A stretch of 64,000 bases of DNA from Octopus bimaculoides (Eukaryota). The DNA lies in NCBI RefSeq assembly GCF_001194135.2, contig NC_068981.1:55611471-55675470 (forward strand), read 5' to 3'. Under the pieces are notes generated by a model that was not told where the DNA came from, made no database searches, and saw only the letters and a program-made list of their open reading frames with translations. Both the position numbers and the translations under genes were made by a program. Below, piece after piece: positions 1 through 13,034 of the stretch. Each line of letters starts with the position of its first letter. Within the stretch, counting starts at the first letter, position 1.

Positions 1-492
1 ACGACACAAAACTAAAATACGAGCTCTCGTTATTATATCCGCCATGGGCATGGTGTTCACGTCCGGCAGTTTCTGCAATTCGACCAACAGGTGGTCAGGA
101 AACCCAGTCACAAACGCCAACTTTACTGTTCGATCCAGCGATTCTCCCTCGTACCCCGCCAGTCTAGCCAACCTCCTAAGTTCGTTGGCAAACACGTCAA
201 CCTGTTTGCCGGTCCACTTCGCTCTCCCCAGGCGAGCGTACGCCTCAAACATTCCTTCTGCGAAGGCCTCCATCAAGTGGATTTCTATTTTCTCCGTGCT
301 AACTTGGTCCCTCTCTTCTATCTCTAAAAATAGCGCCAACGCCGGACCATCCAAGTAGAGCGGTAGAAAACTTGCCAAGTCGCATATCCCTTGGAGCTTC
401 GCTACAAGCTTCATCTTCTTTAGCCATGCGACCACGTCCGTGTCGCCGCAAAACGGTTTAATTATATCACTAGAAATCCGGACTACACTCAT
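1..492 (-). mobile_element. Ty3/Gypsy retrotransposon gag ORF, 5' part (runs off window start)
   Basis: Manual translation from ATG at 492 to position 1 gives 164 codons with no stop: MSVVRISSDIIKPFCGDTDVVAWLKKMKLVAKLQGICDLASFLPLYLDGPALALF...EAYARLGRAKWTGKQVDVFANELRRLARLAG... This is a capsid-like retrotransposon Gag pattern; the region is GC-rich relative to its flanks. Confidence 0.8.
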
Positions 493-775
493 AATTTTTT
501 TTTTTTATGGGCTGAAATAGCTTGTGGTGAGATGGAGGAAGAAGCAAAAGGACAGAATGAAACGTTGGACCTTACCTTGCCGACCGCAGCGGAGTACACG
601 ATCGCTCCTGATCAGAACACGTCTTTCTCATAACGTCGCTGTTTTCTGACTGACTCCACGTGCTAGCCTTCGACCGCGTGTCGCCGACTTCCGATCTGGC
701 CCTTCCGGTCTGGCTTCACCTCTGTTTGCCTCACCCCTCTCCACCACAACACACAGCTCATCACAGCCCATAACA
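493..775 (-). mobile_element. LTR/5' leader of the Gypsy element
   Basis: GC-rich block with a sharp boundary at 775 against AT-rich DNA; begins TGTTATGGGCTG on the - strand. Confidence 0.5.
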
Positions 776-1269
776 CCACATATTTATTAAAGAATACATG
801 AAAAGACCTTGAATCAGTCAGATATTAGGCCTTACACAGAATCTTAAGGATAATCAGTTAAGACAGGTTAACATTTATTACATTGAATGATTTGCTCTTC
901 ATATTTCACTCATCTAGAGATGCCTTCAGAAGCAATTGTAGGCCCTGTTCCAATAAATACAGGGAAAATTATAATAATGAATATACCATTTTCAACAAAT
1001 GGTTTTGCTGTTACAGACTTGGGAACTATTTTGACATTTCAATTTTTTTTAGTTTATCAGCATGAAACAAAATTCATTAATCATGTCAAAAACATTGAAG
1101 AAATTGGCAAATCTGAAGTTGGGTAAACTATAGTATTTGGTAAGTTGTATTACTGTGAGAAGTGACAATGTCTATAAGTAAACCTGAATAAATTATATTT
1201 ATATGGTGGCACAAAGCCACCTCCCCATCACCTGGCATAAAGCCACCTCCCTCAGTTAAAGTGCCTTGT

Positions 1270-1470
1270 CTCATTACTTGGTGATCTTGCTGATGTTACA
1301 TAAAAAGCGCCCAGTACTCTCTGTAAAATAGTTGGCATTAGGAAGGACATCCAACCGTAGAAACCATGTGAAAGCAGACAGTAAAGCTTGCACAGCCCTC
1401 TGGCTCTCCAGCTCCTGTCAAACTGTCTGACCCATGACAGCATGGAAAGTGGATGTTAAATGATGATAAT
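1270..1470 (+). mobile_element. RTE-type 3' tail element ending in (GAT)n
   Basis: ...ggcattaggaaggacatcca...catggaaagtggatgttaaatgatgat matches the 3' UTR/tail of the RTE at 46115-47478. Confidence 0.7.
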
Positions 1471-1524
1471 ATATTCATTTATAAATACAAGCATGGCCAT
1501 GGTTTAGATATTTGCTTCCCAAGT

Positions 1525-1875
1525 AAGTGGTTTCAGATTCAGTCCCACTGTGTGGTACTTATTATAGCCCCAGAAACAGAACCAAGACTGAAGCATTCAC
1601 TACTGAATGCGCTTCATCAACTTGGCCACTCCCATGATGGCCTAAAAGATGTAACAACAACAAATTAAATCAGTATACGTTATTGGTTTGGATCCTACTC
1701 TCATATTTGAATATCAAGATTAGAACATTAATCTAATGTCTATTTACACATCTTTTAGGCCATCATGGGAGTGGCCAAGTTGATGAAGTGCATTCAGTAG
1801 TGACTGCTTCAGTCTTGGTTCTGTTTCTGGGGCTATAATAGGTACCACGCTGTGGGACTGAATCTGAAACCACTT
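1525..1875. repeat. 128-bp inverted repeat pair (1525-1652 / 1748-1875)
   Basis: Arms are near-perfect reverse complements; the same peptide (KWFQIQSH...HSHDGLKDV) appears in ORF-track entries on opposite strands. Confidence 0.9.
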
Positions 1876-2699
1876 GTTACATGGCTGAATAGTTTGGGGC
1901 ATCCAACTGTAAATTAGTTCCAAGCATATGCACACATTTGACACATATCAGCATTACCACCATCATTTTGCATCCATTTTCCAAATTGGCATAGGTTGGA
2001 TACTTTGTCACAGTGTTAGTCATTCTTATTCAGCATTAATGTCCTGTGTACAAGTTGGAGGACTAAGTTTTGTTTGTGCATTTCATTTTGGGCTTGGTTA
2101 CTATGGCTAGATACCTTTCCTAACATCACTCCTTTTACAGAGTATACTGGGTGTATGTTATTGTGACACCAGTACTATGTATCCTCCACTCAATTCACCA
2201 ATTACTTTACTGTATGTGCATTTTATTGTGGTACCAGCACATGTGAAGTCGTCTTGTAATTTGCTAGGCTAAAGGGGCCCCCACAACTCTGAGAGGGAGA
2301 ACAGAAGAGAAGGTGATGTAAGTTGAACTTAAGATGAGGTATTGAGGGAAAATCAAATTTGATCAGAGGAACAGATTTATTGTTGTCAGAGAGTAGTTCA
2401 GGAGAGAATGACATAAGACTGTACTGGTGGGAGTAATAGGGAGGAAATGGTGGTGTCAGTATTAGTAGGGGAGAGAAGAGTGATAAGGATTATATGAAGG
2501 GTTGAGTAGAAGGATATCTCATGCTATCCCACATTATATGGGTGAAATGACAAGTGAGGTAGGTGGTGATGTTGCATGACAGGGAGAGAAAGATGAGAGC
2601 AAACTATTTCAATGATGAGGAGATGCCATAGGGAAAGGGTCACTGAAAGAAAGAAAGGCATGAGGGTGTCATAGAAGAAGTGAGGACAAGAGATGGGAG

Positions 2700-4060
2700 C
2701 AGCCCCATTTCAGCATTCTCTTTGCCATACTTGTACAGGATTGCAAATGTTTCCAGCACTGCATGTTACTAATTTTTGTGGACTCCTATCATCCTTTTTG
2801 TGAAACATATCCTGAAATCAGTTTCCACTACTTTATCCCAAGTATTTCTAGGTTTTCCTATTCCATACGTTTTATTCACTTTGCTAATCACTTTTTATAC
2901 AGTTATTGTCATCCATACTCAACACACACCCATATTAACGCAATCTTCTCTCTTGCACACTACATCTGATTCCTTTCATGTTTAGCTTTTCTCTCAATTT
3001 GTTTATTCTCCATTCATGCACACTTCATACATCCCACAAAATATGATTACTTCATTTCTATCGAGTTCATACAAGTCCTTGTGCATTTTGGTCCATATCA
3101 CATTACCAAGCAGCATTCTCACACACATGCATTCTACAATCTGACCTTCATCTGAAGGAGTTGCTCTTTGTTACTTGCAGTAGATGTTCCTGAATTTTTC
3201 AAACTCATTTTTAGTCTGGCTATCATGCCTTCAGAACACTCACCCCTGCTACTAATTAGATCACCTAGGAAACAAAAACTATTGACTACTTTTAGTGAGC
3301 CTTCTGAGCATTTAAGATAATCTATTTCTTAAGTGATATTGTGCTTAATTTCTCTGTGCATCTGTCATATATTAAGGATGCCTTGACTGTTAGCCTGTCT
3401 GTGAGCCCAGTACACCTTTAGTACAGCCATTGTCAACACTGAGCGCACTGTTTAAAGTTCCCACCGTTTCCTTTTCTGCATGCCAAACACAGCCATTTTC
3501 TTGATGACAGCAGGGTTGTCTTTCTCTCGATGTAACAAAATTTTAGTTTTGGCAAAGTTTACTTTAAGGCTTCTCAATTTTGGGGTTTGCTTCCATGTCT
3601 GGAGTTTCTTCTCCAAATCTTTCACAGATTCTGCTTTATGAACAAGGTCATCAATGTAGAGGAATTCCTGTGGATATCCAGTTTTAAACTCCTCATTTGT
3701 GACTTGGAGGACTGCGATAAATAGGGGGAATTGGGAGGACTGAGCCTTAATGAACTCCTATCTATGTACTAAATTCATCACTGAACTAATTGTCATTTCT
3801 CATCTTGCTACCTACACCCCTGTACATAGTTTGTTTGGCTCTCGCAAACCATTCATCAACCCCTAGCTTCTTTAACAATCACCAGATGAGAGAATGAAAG
3901 GACCTCTATACCAAGTATAGAGGCTTACTCTTTGCTAAATAATTCTCCTGAAGTCATCACACTAAAAAGATGGCATCTATGGTATCTATCCCTGACACAA
4001 ACCTGAACTGCATCTCATCCAAGCTAATCCTATCCCTAATCAATTTTATCTGCTTTAGAA
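2700..4060 (-). mobile_element. Decayed RTE-clade LINE, RT to C-terminus
   Basis: Reverse strand shows degenerate GVHQGSVLSP..., LYxDDL and KGLKVNFAKTK motifs plus C-terminal RTE segments matching 46160-47100; many stops and indels. Confidence 0.75.
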
Positions 4061-5250
4061 AAGTTATTTATGGTAACTCAAGTTGCCCATGAACTTAACT
4101 AAGACATTTATGTGACAGGCTTCTGCACAGTTTTCATCAAACAAGTCCCACCCACAAAGCATTGGTCACAATAAGGGTAGAAAATATATGACCAGTGTGC
4201 AATGCAGTGGGATTGAACTAGTTAACCACTCAGCCATGCCTGCATCTGTTTAAACCAAGACTACCTTCAGCCTTTTCATTTTGTTGAGGAGGGGAGAGTG
4301 GTAGTTAATTCAATGAATAAGGCATTAGATTATCAACTTAAAGATCAGTAATTCACATATTGTCACAGATGGTGCGTTGTAACTATGGTCAAAACAATAT
4401 CTAACTCACAAATGTAAATAAGCACCAAATAATACAGAGGAAAGAAAATTACAGCTGTTGTCTGGTAACAAGGAGTGGAAGAGTTCATTGCTCATGATGT
4501 TTAAACTCAAGTTAACCCTGATCCAGAATACCTATAGTAAAAAAATGTTCCAGCTATGACCATCTTGTCTTTTGGAGAAAGACTGTCTAATACTACAGTA
4601 TTTAATGTATCCTTTCCTCATTTAAGACAATAGAGTCTGACTTGAAGAAAGTTTTCTTCCTATTTCTAGAAAGTCAGGTAACCATGTAGTAGCTCCCTCA
4701 TGCTCATTGTTGTAAGCAGCAGTGGTAGCACTGAAAAATTATTAGGTTGCAATGTGTTGAAAACCTATCTCCTACTGTTAGTGAGCAGACACACACATAC
4801 ACACACACACACACACTAACAGAAAATTGATGTATAAAATAATAAATCCACAGTAATAAAGAGTTCTACTTATAACAGGTTGTTGAAAACTCTGACAGCT
4901 TATTAAATTGTAGTAAATCTAAGTAGGAACAACTTGCATGCATATACATAATCTACTAGAATAATTTTTAAGAGCAATACAATTAGCAGAAAAACAGAAA
5001 AAAATTAATTTTACTTATGGCTCCTACTTTCTTGTATTCAACAGCTGTTTCATTAAGATAAATACCACCAAATGTATAATTAATTTTAAAACTTAGTTTA
5101 CCCAAATCATCAGGAATGTTATTTTATGTTAATCAGAAAACTTACTGGTTTAAATATTTACATTGAGACAGAAAGAAAAAAAAAACAACACAAAGAAGAA
5201 GAAAAACACCTAAATATATATATGGATGAGTAAAAATACAAATACACATA

Positions 5251-5357
5251 TCTGCCAAATTAGATTGGAGCCTGGTGTAGTCATCTGGTTCACCAGTCCT
5301 CAGTCAAATCGTCCAACCCATGCTAGCATGGAAAGCGGATGTTAAACGATGATGATA
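5251..5357 (+). mobile_element. RTE-type 3' tail element
   Basis: cagtcaaatcgtccaacccatgctagcatggaaagcggatgttaaacgatgatgat; near-identical in reverse to 34653-34813 and 53220-53370. Confidence 0.8.
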
Positions 5358-6188
5358 ATATATGAGGTTTTCAAGCAGACCCACCCACATCTTGGTGAAA
5401 CTGACATCTAGAAGTATTGTGTGCATGTATATGCAGAAATGGGCACCTTAGCCAAACTCCTCCAAACATATATCACCCCACAACCCATCATTTCTTTCAC
5501 TGTGATTCTCCCTTCTCCTTGAGACCACTCTGTTTCCCTTGCTACCTAGAACCATTTCACCAGTTAGCCATTCTTTATCTATCAATTATTGTACTTTTCT
5601 CCACCAACCCACCCATGTTACAGTGATTCATCCCTCCCATCACTGACCCTTCAAATTATACCCCCTCATGCACTACATCTACATCTCTCTCTCTCTCCCT
5701 CTCTTTCTTTTTGGTTTCTCCTCACACACACACACAAATCCTATCCAACCACATGTCATTTCTCTCTTATCATCCTCCTGTAAACTGTTTCATTTATCAC
5801 TATTACTATCCTGTCACTCTCCCCCAAACTCTTCTACTTCCCTCTATCTTTCCCAATTCAGGCAACATTGGTCATCCATCACTCACCTACATCCACCCTT
5901 CAGTGCTACACAATCTTTAAAGTAGTTGCCTATCGCCCCATCTCTTGCTCACCCATACACTCTTGCAAAATCCCACCACCAACACTGCATTCCTTGTTCC
6001 TCTTCCCCAGTACACTCCTGCTTATCTCATACCTTGACATCCATTTTCCATACTGGCATAGGTTGGATGGTTTGACATGGAGCTGTCCAGAATCCAATTG
6101 TCTGTTGTAACATGGTTTCTACAGCTGGATGCCCTTCCTAATGCCAATCACTTAACAGAATGTGCTGGGTGCTTTTTCTTTTCCACTC

Positions 6189-6389
6189 AAGACACAAGGC
6201 CTAAAATTTTGGGGGAGGGGACCAGTCAATTAGATCGACCCCAGTATGCAACTGGTACTTAATTTATCAACCCCAAAAGGATGAAAGGCAAAGTCAACCT
6301 CAGCAGAATTTGAACTCAGAACGTAAAGACAGATGAAATACCACTAAGCATTTTGCCTGGCGTGCTAACGTTTCGGCCAGCTCACCGCT
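6189..6389 (-). mobile_element. tRNA-derived SINE, ~200-bp family (B)
   Basis: On - strand: tRNA-like head (GCTGGCCGAAACGTTAGC...GTTCTGAGTTCAAATTC) then GACTTTGCCTTTCATCCTTTTGGGGTTGATAAATTAAGTACCAG; several copies in the window. Confidence 0.8.
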
Positions 6390-7019
6390 TTTTACATACC
6401 ACTTGCACAGTTGTGTTCATGCAACACCAGCATGTGTGCATTTATGCCACACCAGCACAGGTACGCATGTGGAACCAGTACCTGAAAGAACAAATCTGTA
6501 TGCATGGAAATCAGCAATTTTACTTAGCTTGACACAGCTTTTCAAGTACAGCATGTCACCACATCTCCTGGTCTCTTGTAATTTCCTCAGTGAGACCCAT
6601 TGTCTGAAGATCTTTTCTCACCCCTTTGTGAGGATTAAGATGGTCTACATCAAAATCCGAAATCGTTTGATACAACTAATTGTGCTGGGGGCTTACCTCC
6701 CCTTGTCAATCATTAAGATAGTGCTTTGTGGCTTTTGAGTTATTTTAATTCTTCCTTCTAACAATAGTAGTGCTAGTCAGTACCCTCTGTCACTTTTGTG
6801 ATGTCTTTTAATATATATATATATATATATAAATGCACTTATGTATACACCCTGTAAATGAATATATATGTATGTAGGGTGGACAGATTCTTGTTTTAAA
6901 AGCATCTCTTAATGACTGGTAAAGCAACTTTGATGCAAGCCAGGGATAGCAAAATTAAATTTATGAAAAGTAATAAAAAATAAAAATGACTGGCGGCTTG
7001 GTATCCCACTGTGGAAATA

Positions 7020-7110
7020 TACATACATGCACACACACGCACACACGCACACACACACACATACACACACACACACACACAAACACACACATACACACAC
7101 ACATACATAT
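7020..7110. repeat. (CA)n microsatellite
   Basis: Direct reading. Confidence 0.95.
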
Positions 7111-7371
7111 AAATATATATATAATGATCACAGAAATTATTTTGAAGCTGAAGAAAAATAAGAAAAGTAAAACCCACCCACTGAATGTGTAAGATTAATT
7201 TGTATTGAAAATGGAATTAGTTTAACAGTAAAGCCTTTTGACCGTATTTTGAAGTCTAGAATGGACTAACACACTCTGATATTTGTTCTTTTATTCTGGG
7301 TACAACAACAATTTTTGTTGAGAGAGGACTGAGACAACTGAATTGAGCCAGTTTACTACTGTTATATAAAA

Positions 7372-7628
7372 AGGGTAAAGGGTAAATACCACCTTTGGTC
7401 ATGAATGACCATGGAATGCACCTAGAAAGTTACCCTCCGAGGCACAAGTCTGGGCAAGATTGTTTTATGAGAGACTAGCAGTTGCCCATGCATACCAGCC
7501 TCCCTTCTCCATGCTACCAATGTTATCCAAGGGAAAGGCAAAGGCTGATACAGCTTAGCACCAGTGACATCACAACTCGTTTCTACAGCCAAGTGAACTG
7601 GGGTAACATGAAATAAACTGTCTTGCTT
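7372..7628. repeat. Interspersed repeat, probably SINE-like
   Basis: GC-richer ~250-bp block; its 3' part (ttctacagc..agtgaactgg..gtaacatgaaataaa.tgtcttgct) resembles 57085-57130. Confidence 0.4.
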
Positions 7629-8318
7629 TCCCCTATTACAGATAGACACATTCACACACTTTCAGGAGTTGCCAGGTAAAGTTAATTTCAATAGCATTAG
7701 GTCTTGCAATGTGAATGAATTTTAAAATAAGTACCGTAAGACATTTAGTGGAAGACAACCATTTCTGTCAGTTATGCTACTCTTTTACTATTTTAATTAA
7801 AATCTTCCAGACAGAAGAATGACTCAAAAAGAGTGGTTCTTAACCTGGGCAGTAAGTGCCCCTTGGGAGAATTGTAAGCTCCCAAGGGGACACTAGGTAG
7901 GATACTGAATATTCATTGAGGTTGCAAATTTTTCTAAGAAATATTTAAGCCAAGTACAAAATTTGTGTGTGTATTTTATAACACATTTTCAAAACTGAAT
8001 TTTTGTCAGGATTAAAATATAAATAGGATATTATGTTACCAGTGAGCAAAAACATGACTGACAATATTAGTTTTCACCTTCTTTTATAATTTTCATAAAA
8101 ATTTAACATGAGAGGCTCTTGTCCAAACAAATATCTAAAACAAGCCACATGCTGGAAGGAATACTATAAGAAAGTAAGGGTAATAAACATGCACAAATTT
8201 AGTTTCTCTTTGATTTACATAATTTACTGTTTTTTTTTTATTAGGGCATTAAATACCAAAGATTTGCTGAAGTTAGAGAGAAATTAGATAAGCATGATCC
8301 ATTGGATGTGTAATATTA

Positions 8319-8532
8319 GTTTCAAATTTTGGCACAAGGCCAGCTATTTCAGGGGAGGGTATAAGTTGATTACATTGATCCCAGTGCTCAACCAATACTT
8401 ATTTTATTGACTTCAAAAGGATGAATGGCAAAGTCAACCTCAGTGAAATTTTAACTCTGAACATGAAGATGGATGAAATGTCATTAAACATTTTGCCCAG
8501 TGTGTGAACACTTCTGTCAGCTTGCCACTTTA
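8319..8532 (-). mobile_element. SINE family B copy with 18-bp target-site duplication
   Basis: Flanks attggatgtgtaatatta (8301-8318) and attggatgtataatatta (8533-8550). Confidence 0.85.
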
Positions 8533-9639
8533 ATTGGATGTATAATATTAATCTGTATGGAAGATGGAGATGAAGTTTCTAAGTTCTTATGATGTAAACA
8601 CCATACAATTCCCTTTGGTAAGAACAAAGCTTCTGAAATGAATGGAGAAATTCAAAGGATTGCTTTGATACAATGGTAGAATATCTATCAACTTTACAAA
8701 AGATGTGGGTTTGTATCCCATCCCATGGGCAGCCTTTGATGCTTTCCATCCAAAGGGGTTTTTTTAACCCAATATTTACAGTATTTACACCCTATTATTT
8801 ATAGCTTTATCTACTAAATTTCAATCATTAAAACTGATTTATACTATATGATGTTTGAAAGAAAGATGACTTGTACTGATATAAATAAGTGATGTGAATG
8901 GATAACAAATACTAGATGGGAAGAAGTATCATATGCTTTTAATGAGAGGTTTAACAACAGGAACAACAAGAAAAAATATAGAATGAATGTAAGGTTAACT
9001 CTCTAAGTGCCAAATTTCACAGATGAAATGATAAAAAAAAAAGACTAAGAGTGACAATGAGTTGTGCATCAAACTTGGTGAATCCATGGAGTAATGAAAA
9101 CTCTTGTTAAAACATTGGTGATAATGATGATAAATGTAAATATCAATGTCACCATCAGGTGTTCCAGATTTTGTGACCACATCTTACAATTAAACTTCCC
9201 CAATAACTTTTGTTTAATCAATAAAATATTCATTTTGCATGACGAAGTTTAGAAAAAGGGAGAAAATGAGGAAATTGATTCTTGTTTTTCTTTTTAAAAA
9301 ATGTTTAAAAATATGATTAGGTGAAAAGGTTTCAACCAAGAAGCAAAGCTGTACTTCAGTTCAACCCACCTGGAATTTATCTCTACTTTTACAGTGCTTT
9401 TAAGAAATGATAGATATCAACTTTAATAACATAATTATACGGCCTCAAATTTATAAATGAAAACAAAAGGAGAAAGCCTCACTCACTCATTTGTGGTCCC
9501 TGCTTTCGACAAGGATAGACAAATAGCTGGTGAGAGCTGTCCTCATCATCTACAGAGGTACTGTCAGTAAGGTGAGAGTTAGAAATGAATAAAAGCAACA
9601 AATTTAGTGTACAGGTATGAGTTCACCAGCACCTAATTC

Positions 9640-10660
9640 CAAATTCCATCTTATTTATCATAATCTTTCCAGCCATAACAGAGGAGTTAAGGCTGGTTGC
9701 CTGTGCAATCTCTGTGCTGATGACTATATTCTTATAACTGAATCTGTGTAGGACATTCCAAGTGTAGAAGCAGGACCTAGAATCAAAGAGTCTTGAAGTT
9801 AACTTAGTAAAGACTAAAGTTCTAGTAAGCAAGAAAACAAACAAACCACTAATCCTTTCAGGAAAATACTCCTGCTCATTGTATAGAAATGGTGTAGATA
9901 GAAATTTCATACAGTGTACCCAGTGCAAACTATGGACACATAAGAGGTACAGTGGAATCACAAGAAGATTAAGAGAGAAAATAAACTGTTTGTGGTAGAT
10001 GCACAGGAACAATTAACACTTAGAACACACAGGAAATATATTTTCTTGGATGCCTATGAGGATCCTTAGAGGCAGTACATATTTCTACCACCTAAGTGAT
10101 CTAATTATAGTGGAGGAAGTTGTTCTAAAAGTATAATTGTCAGAATAAGAAAAGGACAGAGAATGTACAGAATGATGTTCTTCTGTTTGCAACAAAAGAT
10201 CTCTCTCTCAAAGAGAAAGGCAGATTGCATGATACTTGTATACAAACAGCAATGCTACATGGTAGTGAAACATGAGCTGTGAATGCAGAAGACATAAGAT
10301 GGCTTGAAAGAAATGAAGCTAGCATGTTCCACCAGACATGCAACATCAGTGTACATGTAAGACACAGTGTAAATGTGTTTGAGAGAAAAGTGGGCATAAG
10401 AGGCATCAGATGTGGCGTGCAAGAGAGAGGGCAGTTCTGATATGGTCATGTGATGCGGATGAATGAGGACAGCTGCATAAAGAAGTGTTGGCTGCTAAAT
10501 ATGGATGGAATCTACGGAAAAGGAAGACCCAGAAAGACGTGGGACAAAGTGGTGAAAAAATGATGCTGGGCTTCACAGAGAAAATGATAAGGACAGAGAT
10601 GATTGGCATTTGCTGCACTTGAGAAGACCTGTTCATCTAAGCAAACGTGAGGCCCTAAAG
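9640..10660 (+). mobile_element. 5'-truncated decayed RTE LINE
   Basis: Degenerate RT end (ESKSLEVNLVKTKVLVS), CTQCKLWTHKR cysteine motif and ERNEASM..., colinear with 46160-47100. Confidence 0.85.
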
Positions 10661-11084
10661 GCATGCTATTTATGTCTATGCCCCTGCACAATTAATTCTT
10701 GATAGATCTCTTCTTCTCAATTCATCTTCCTAACTCCCGCACCTACACTCATGTTCACCACTCACTGCATTCCTCCTCTCCTCCACCTCCTACTCTTCTT
10801 TTGCACTCTTACAAGCTTACCTGCCCATTTACCCTGTCCAACCCTCTGTACCTATTCACCTCTCTGTAACTTGAGGGTACACCCTAACACGTCTTCACCA
10901 CTATTTTCTCTTTCTCTCTTCCTCAGCTCCTTTTTCTTTTCTAACAGGGATAGCTAGGTATCTCTTCAACATCGAGAAACTTGTTTCAGTCCCTCTATCA
11001 TACTCCAACACCTCATCACCTGGCACAAAACTACTTCCCTTAATACGATTCTTGCCTCAGTCAAGAGAGCTTGTCTTGCAAGTT

Positions 11085-11273
11085 ACTTGGTGAGCTCACT
11101 GCTGTTGATGCCATGTAAAAAGTACTGAGTACACTCTGTAAAGTGGTTAGCATTAAGAAGGGCAACCAGCTGTAAAAACCATATCAAAATAGAGAATAAA
11201 GCTTGGCTCAATAACCCATCAAACCGTTCAACACATGCCATCATGAAAAATGAACGTTAGATAGTGACGATAG

Positions 11274-11307
<34 letters not shown>
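11085..11307 (+). mobile_element. RTE-type 3' tail element with long (GAT)n
   Basis: gcaagttacttggtg...catgccatcatgaaaaatgaacgttagatagtgacgatagt(gat)n. Confidence 0.7.
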
Positions 11308-12723
11308 AAAGCGATACTTTTATACTTAACCGAAAATAATTTTTTCCCTCTGTGTGTTAATTGAAGAAGATTTCTTAATTAAAGACCCAATTACAATAGT
11401 TTAAATTGTACTGCAGCATCATTTATCACTGTCAATGTGACATGAGAACAAATCTAATACTATACCCATCCCAAATAATACTACTGTCCTGTATCAGCAT
11501 AGCATAAAACAAACGTTCTGATAAATGTTCATTGTCAAGGCAACCTTTTGTTTTAATTGTAAGAAATATAATTCCTTGTACAAGTTTATAAATATTCGAT
11601 AAGGTGTTTTTGTTCTTGTTGTTTAATCCTATGCCAAACCTGTTTATAGGCGCTTCAGCTGTGACCATTCAACTTTTTCTTTTTTAACTATCAGGGTTTA
11701 CGTTATCTAGTGTAACCTTTATTTAAGGTAATAGGGTGTGATTTTTGGGTGAGATTTGGCTGCTATTTCTAGCACGGTTAGTAACTTCGTTGGCTCCTTA
11801 CATCCGACGTATTAGTGTGTTTGTGTGTGTGTTAAGTATGAAAAAATTTAATGTTGAAAGCTAGAGATACTAAAAAGCATGACAAATACCATATAAGCCG
11901 ACTGATTCTAATTATGAATAAAGGATTTTCCCAAAAATTTTGACGTCTTTGCTTTATGGAATGAGTCATCATCTGGCAAAGCAGAAAAGAAACGTAAAAG
12001 AGAAACGGTTGTTTTGTCTTTCTATTTTCATAACGCTAAAAATCGACTTCGATTGCTAAAAAAAATAAGTACAACAGAAATTATAAAACTCTCATTTTAT
12101 TAAATACGAACTGCATGTAATTTGACAGTTATTCCAGTTTTTGTTTCGATAAATTTCATTGTCTAATTTTTCCATGAAGCTGATGAAAGTTGGTGTGAAT
12201 AAAACACAGTAAAGCAAAATTTAGAAAATAGTTTTATTATTGGAAAGGGAGAAATGACAACAAAGACTTTGGCAGATGACAAGGATTTGACTTAAGTGAC
12301 TTCGAAGTTAACGCTTTGTGTCTGTGTGTCTGTTTTTTAATGAAAAATGTGAAAATTTGGCAAAGTTTTTAAACTTTTCTTCCGTTTTATCTCTCTTCAC
12401 TTGACTGTCACAAAAAATATCTAAAGTAGTTTAGCATTCACAAAATCGATGATTCTTTTTTTCGAAAACTTGTCTGTGTTTTTGTTATGAGCTGACTTAC
12501 ATGAATTTTGAAAAAGAAAAAGTGTGAGGAATTATAGATGAGGTGGTAAGCGGGCCAAATCCTGTTTAACAGTGTCATCTGTGAGAGAAGGGGAGGCAGA
12601 GCGTGTAATTGAGGGAGTCGTTAACGACTACACGACAGTAATTTGGAAGAAAGATTTGACAAATCAGCTGCCTTCAAAGCTCTTGGCTTAACATCTGGCC
12701 ATCTTTCGACGACTTGGCCGATC

Positions 12724-13034
12724 ATGTCCAGCAGAGTTCGTCAACTTATTAGTAGTGTTTTTGGTACTTCTTCAATCAAATCAGATAATTTTCAACGCGT
12801 AAATGGTTCCCGGCGCCTAACAGAAGCTGAAGTAAATGATGGTTCTTCGACATCCTCACAACTTTTTTCCGGAACATCGGATACATCGGCAGAATCTACT
12901 GCTTACCCTTACACACGACCTACATTTCTCTTTATGGACTCTGAACAGGTAAAACAGTCAAGAGATCAAACCAAAAGACCAGCAGTTATCCCTAATGACA
13001 TCAATAAGATTCCTATTAAGGCTGGCTATGCTGA
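12724..13034 (+). CDS. PPM1H: PPM1H-like PP2C phosphatase exon 1
   Basis: MSSRVRQLISSVFG...YPYTRPTFL...RPAVI...IPIKAGYAE matches the PPM1H N-terminus and anchor (FPYGRPEFL...LPWATGYAE, recalled); donor GA|gtaagt, phase 2. Confidence 0.9.

Noticed and set aside
44-358. 104-aa + strand ORF
   Set aside because: Antisense shadow of the gag ORF on the - strand.
1051-1120. Exon-like segment (ttttag...gg|gtaaac) reading YQHETKFINHVKNIEEIGKSEV
   Set aside because: No recognisable homology and no partner exons found.
11432-11668. 78-aa - strand ORF upstream of PPM1H (possible divergent gene)
   Set aside because: No recognisable motif or splice support; plausible by chance.
12643-12723. TTG-initiated N-terminal extension in the ORF track
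   Set aside because: The ATG at 12724 aligns with the PPM1H N-terminus, so the extension is likely 5' UTR.
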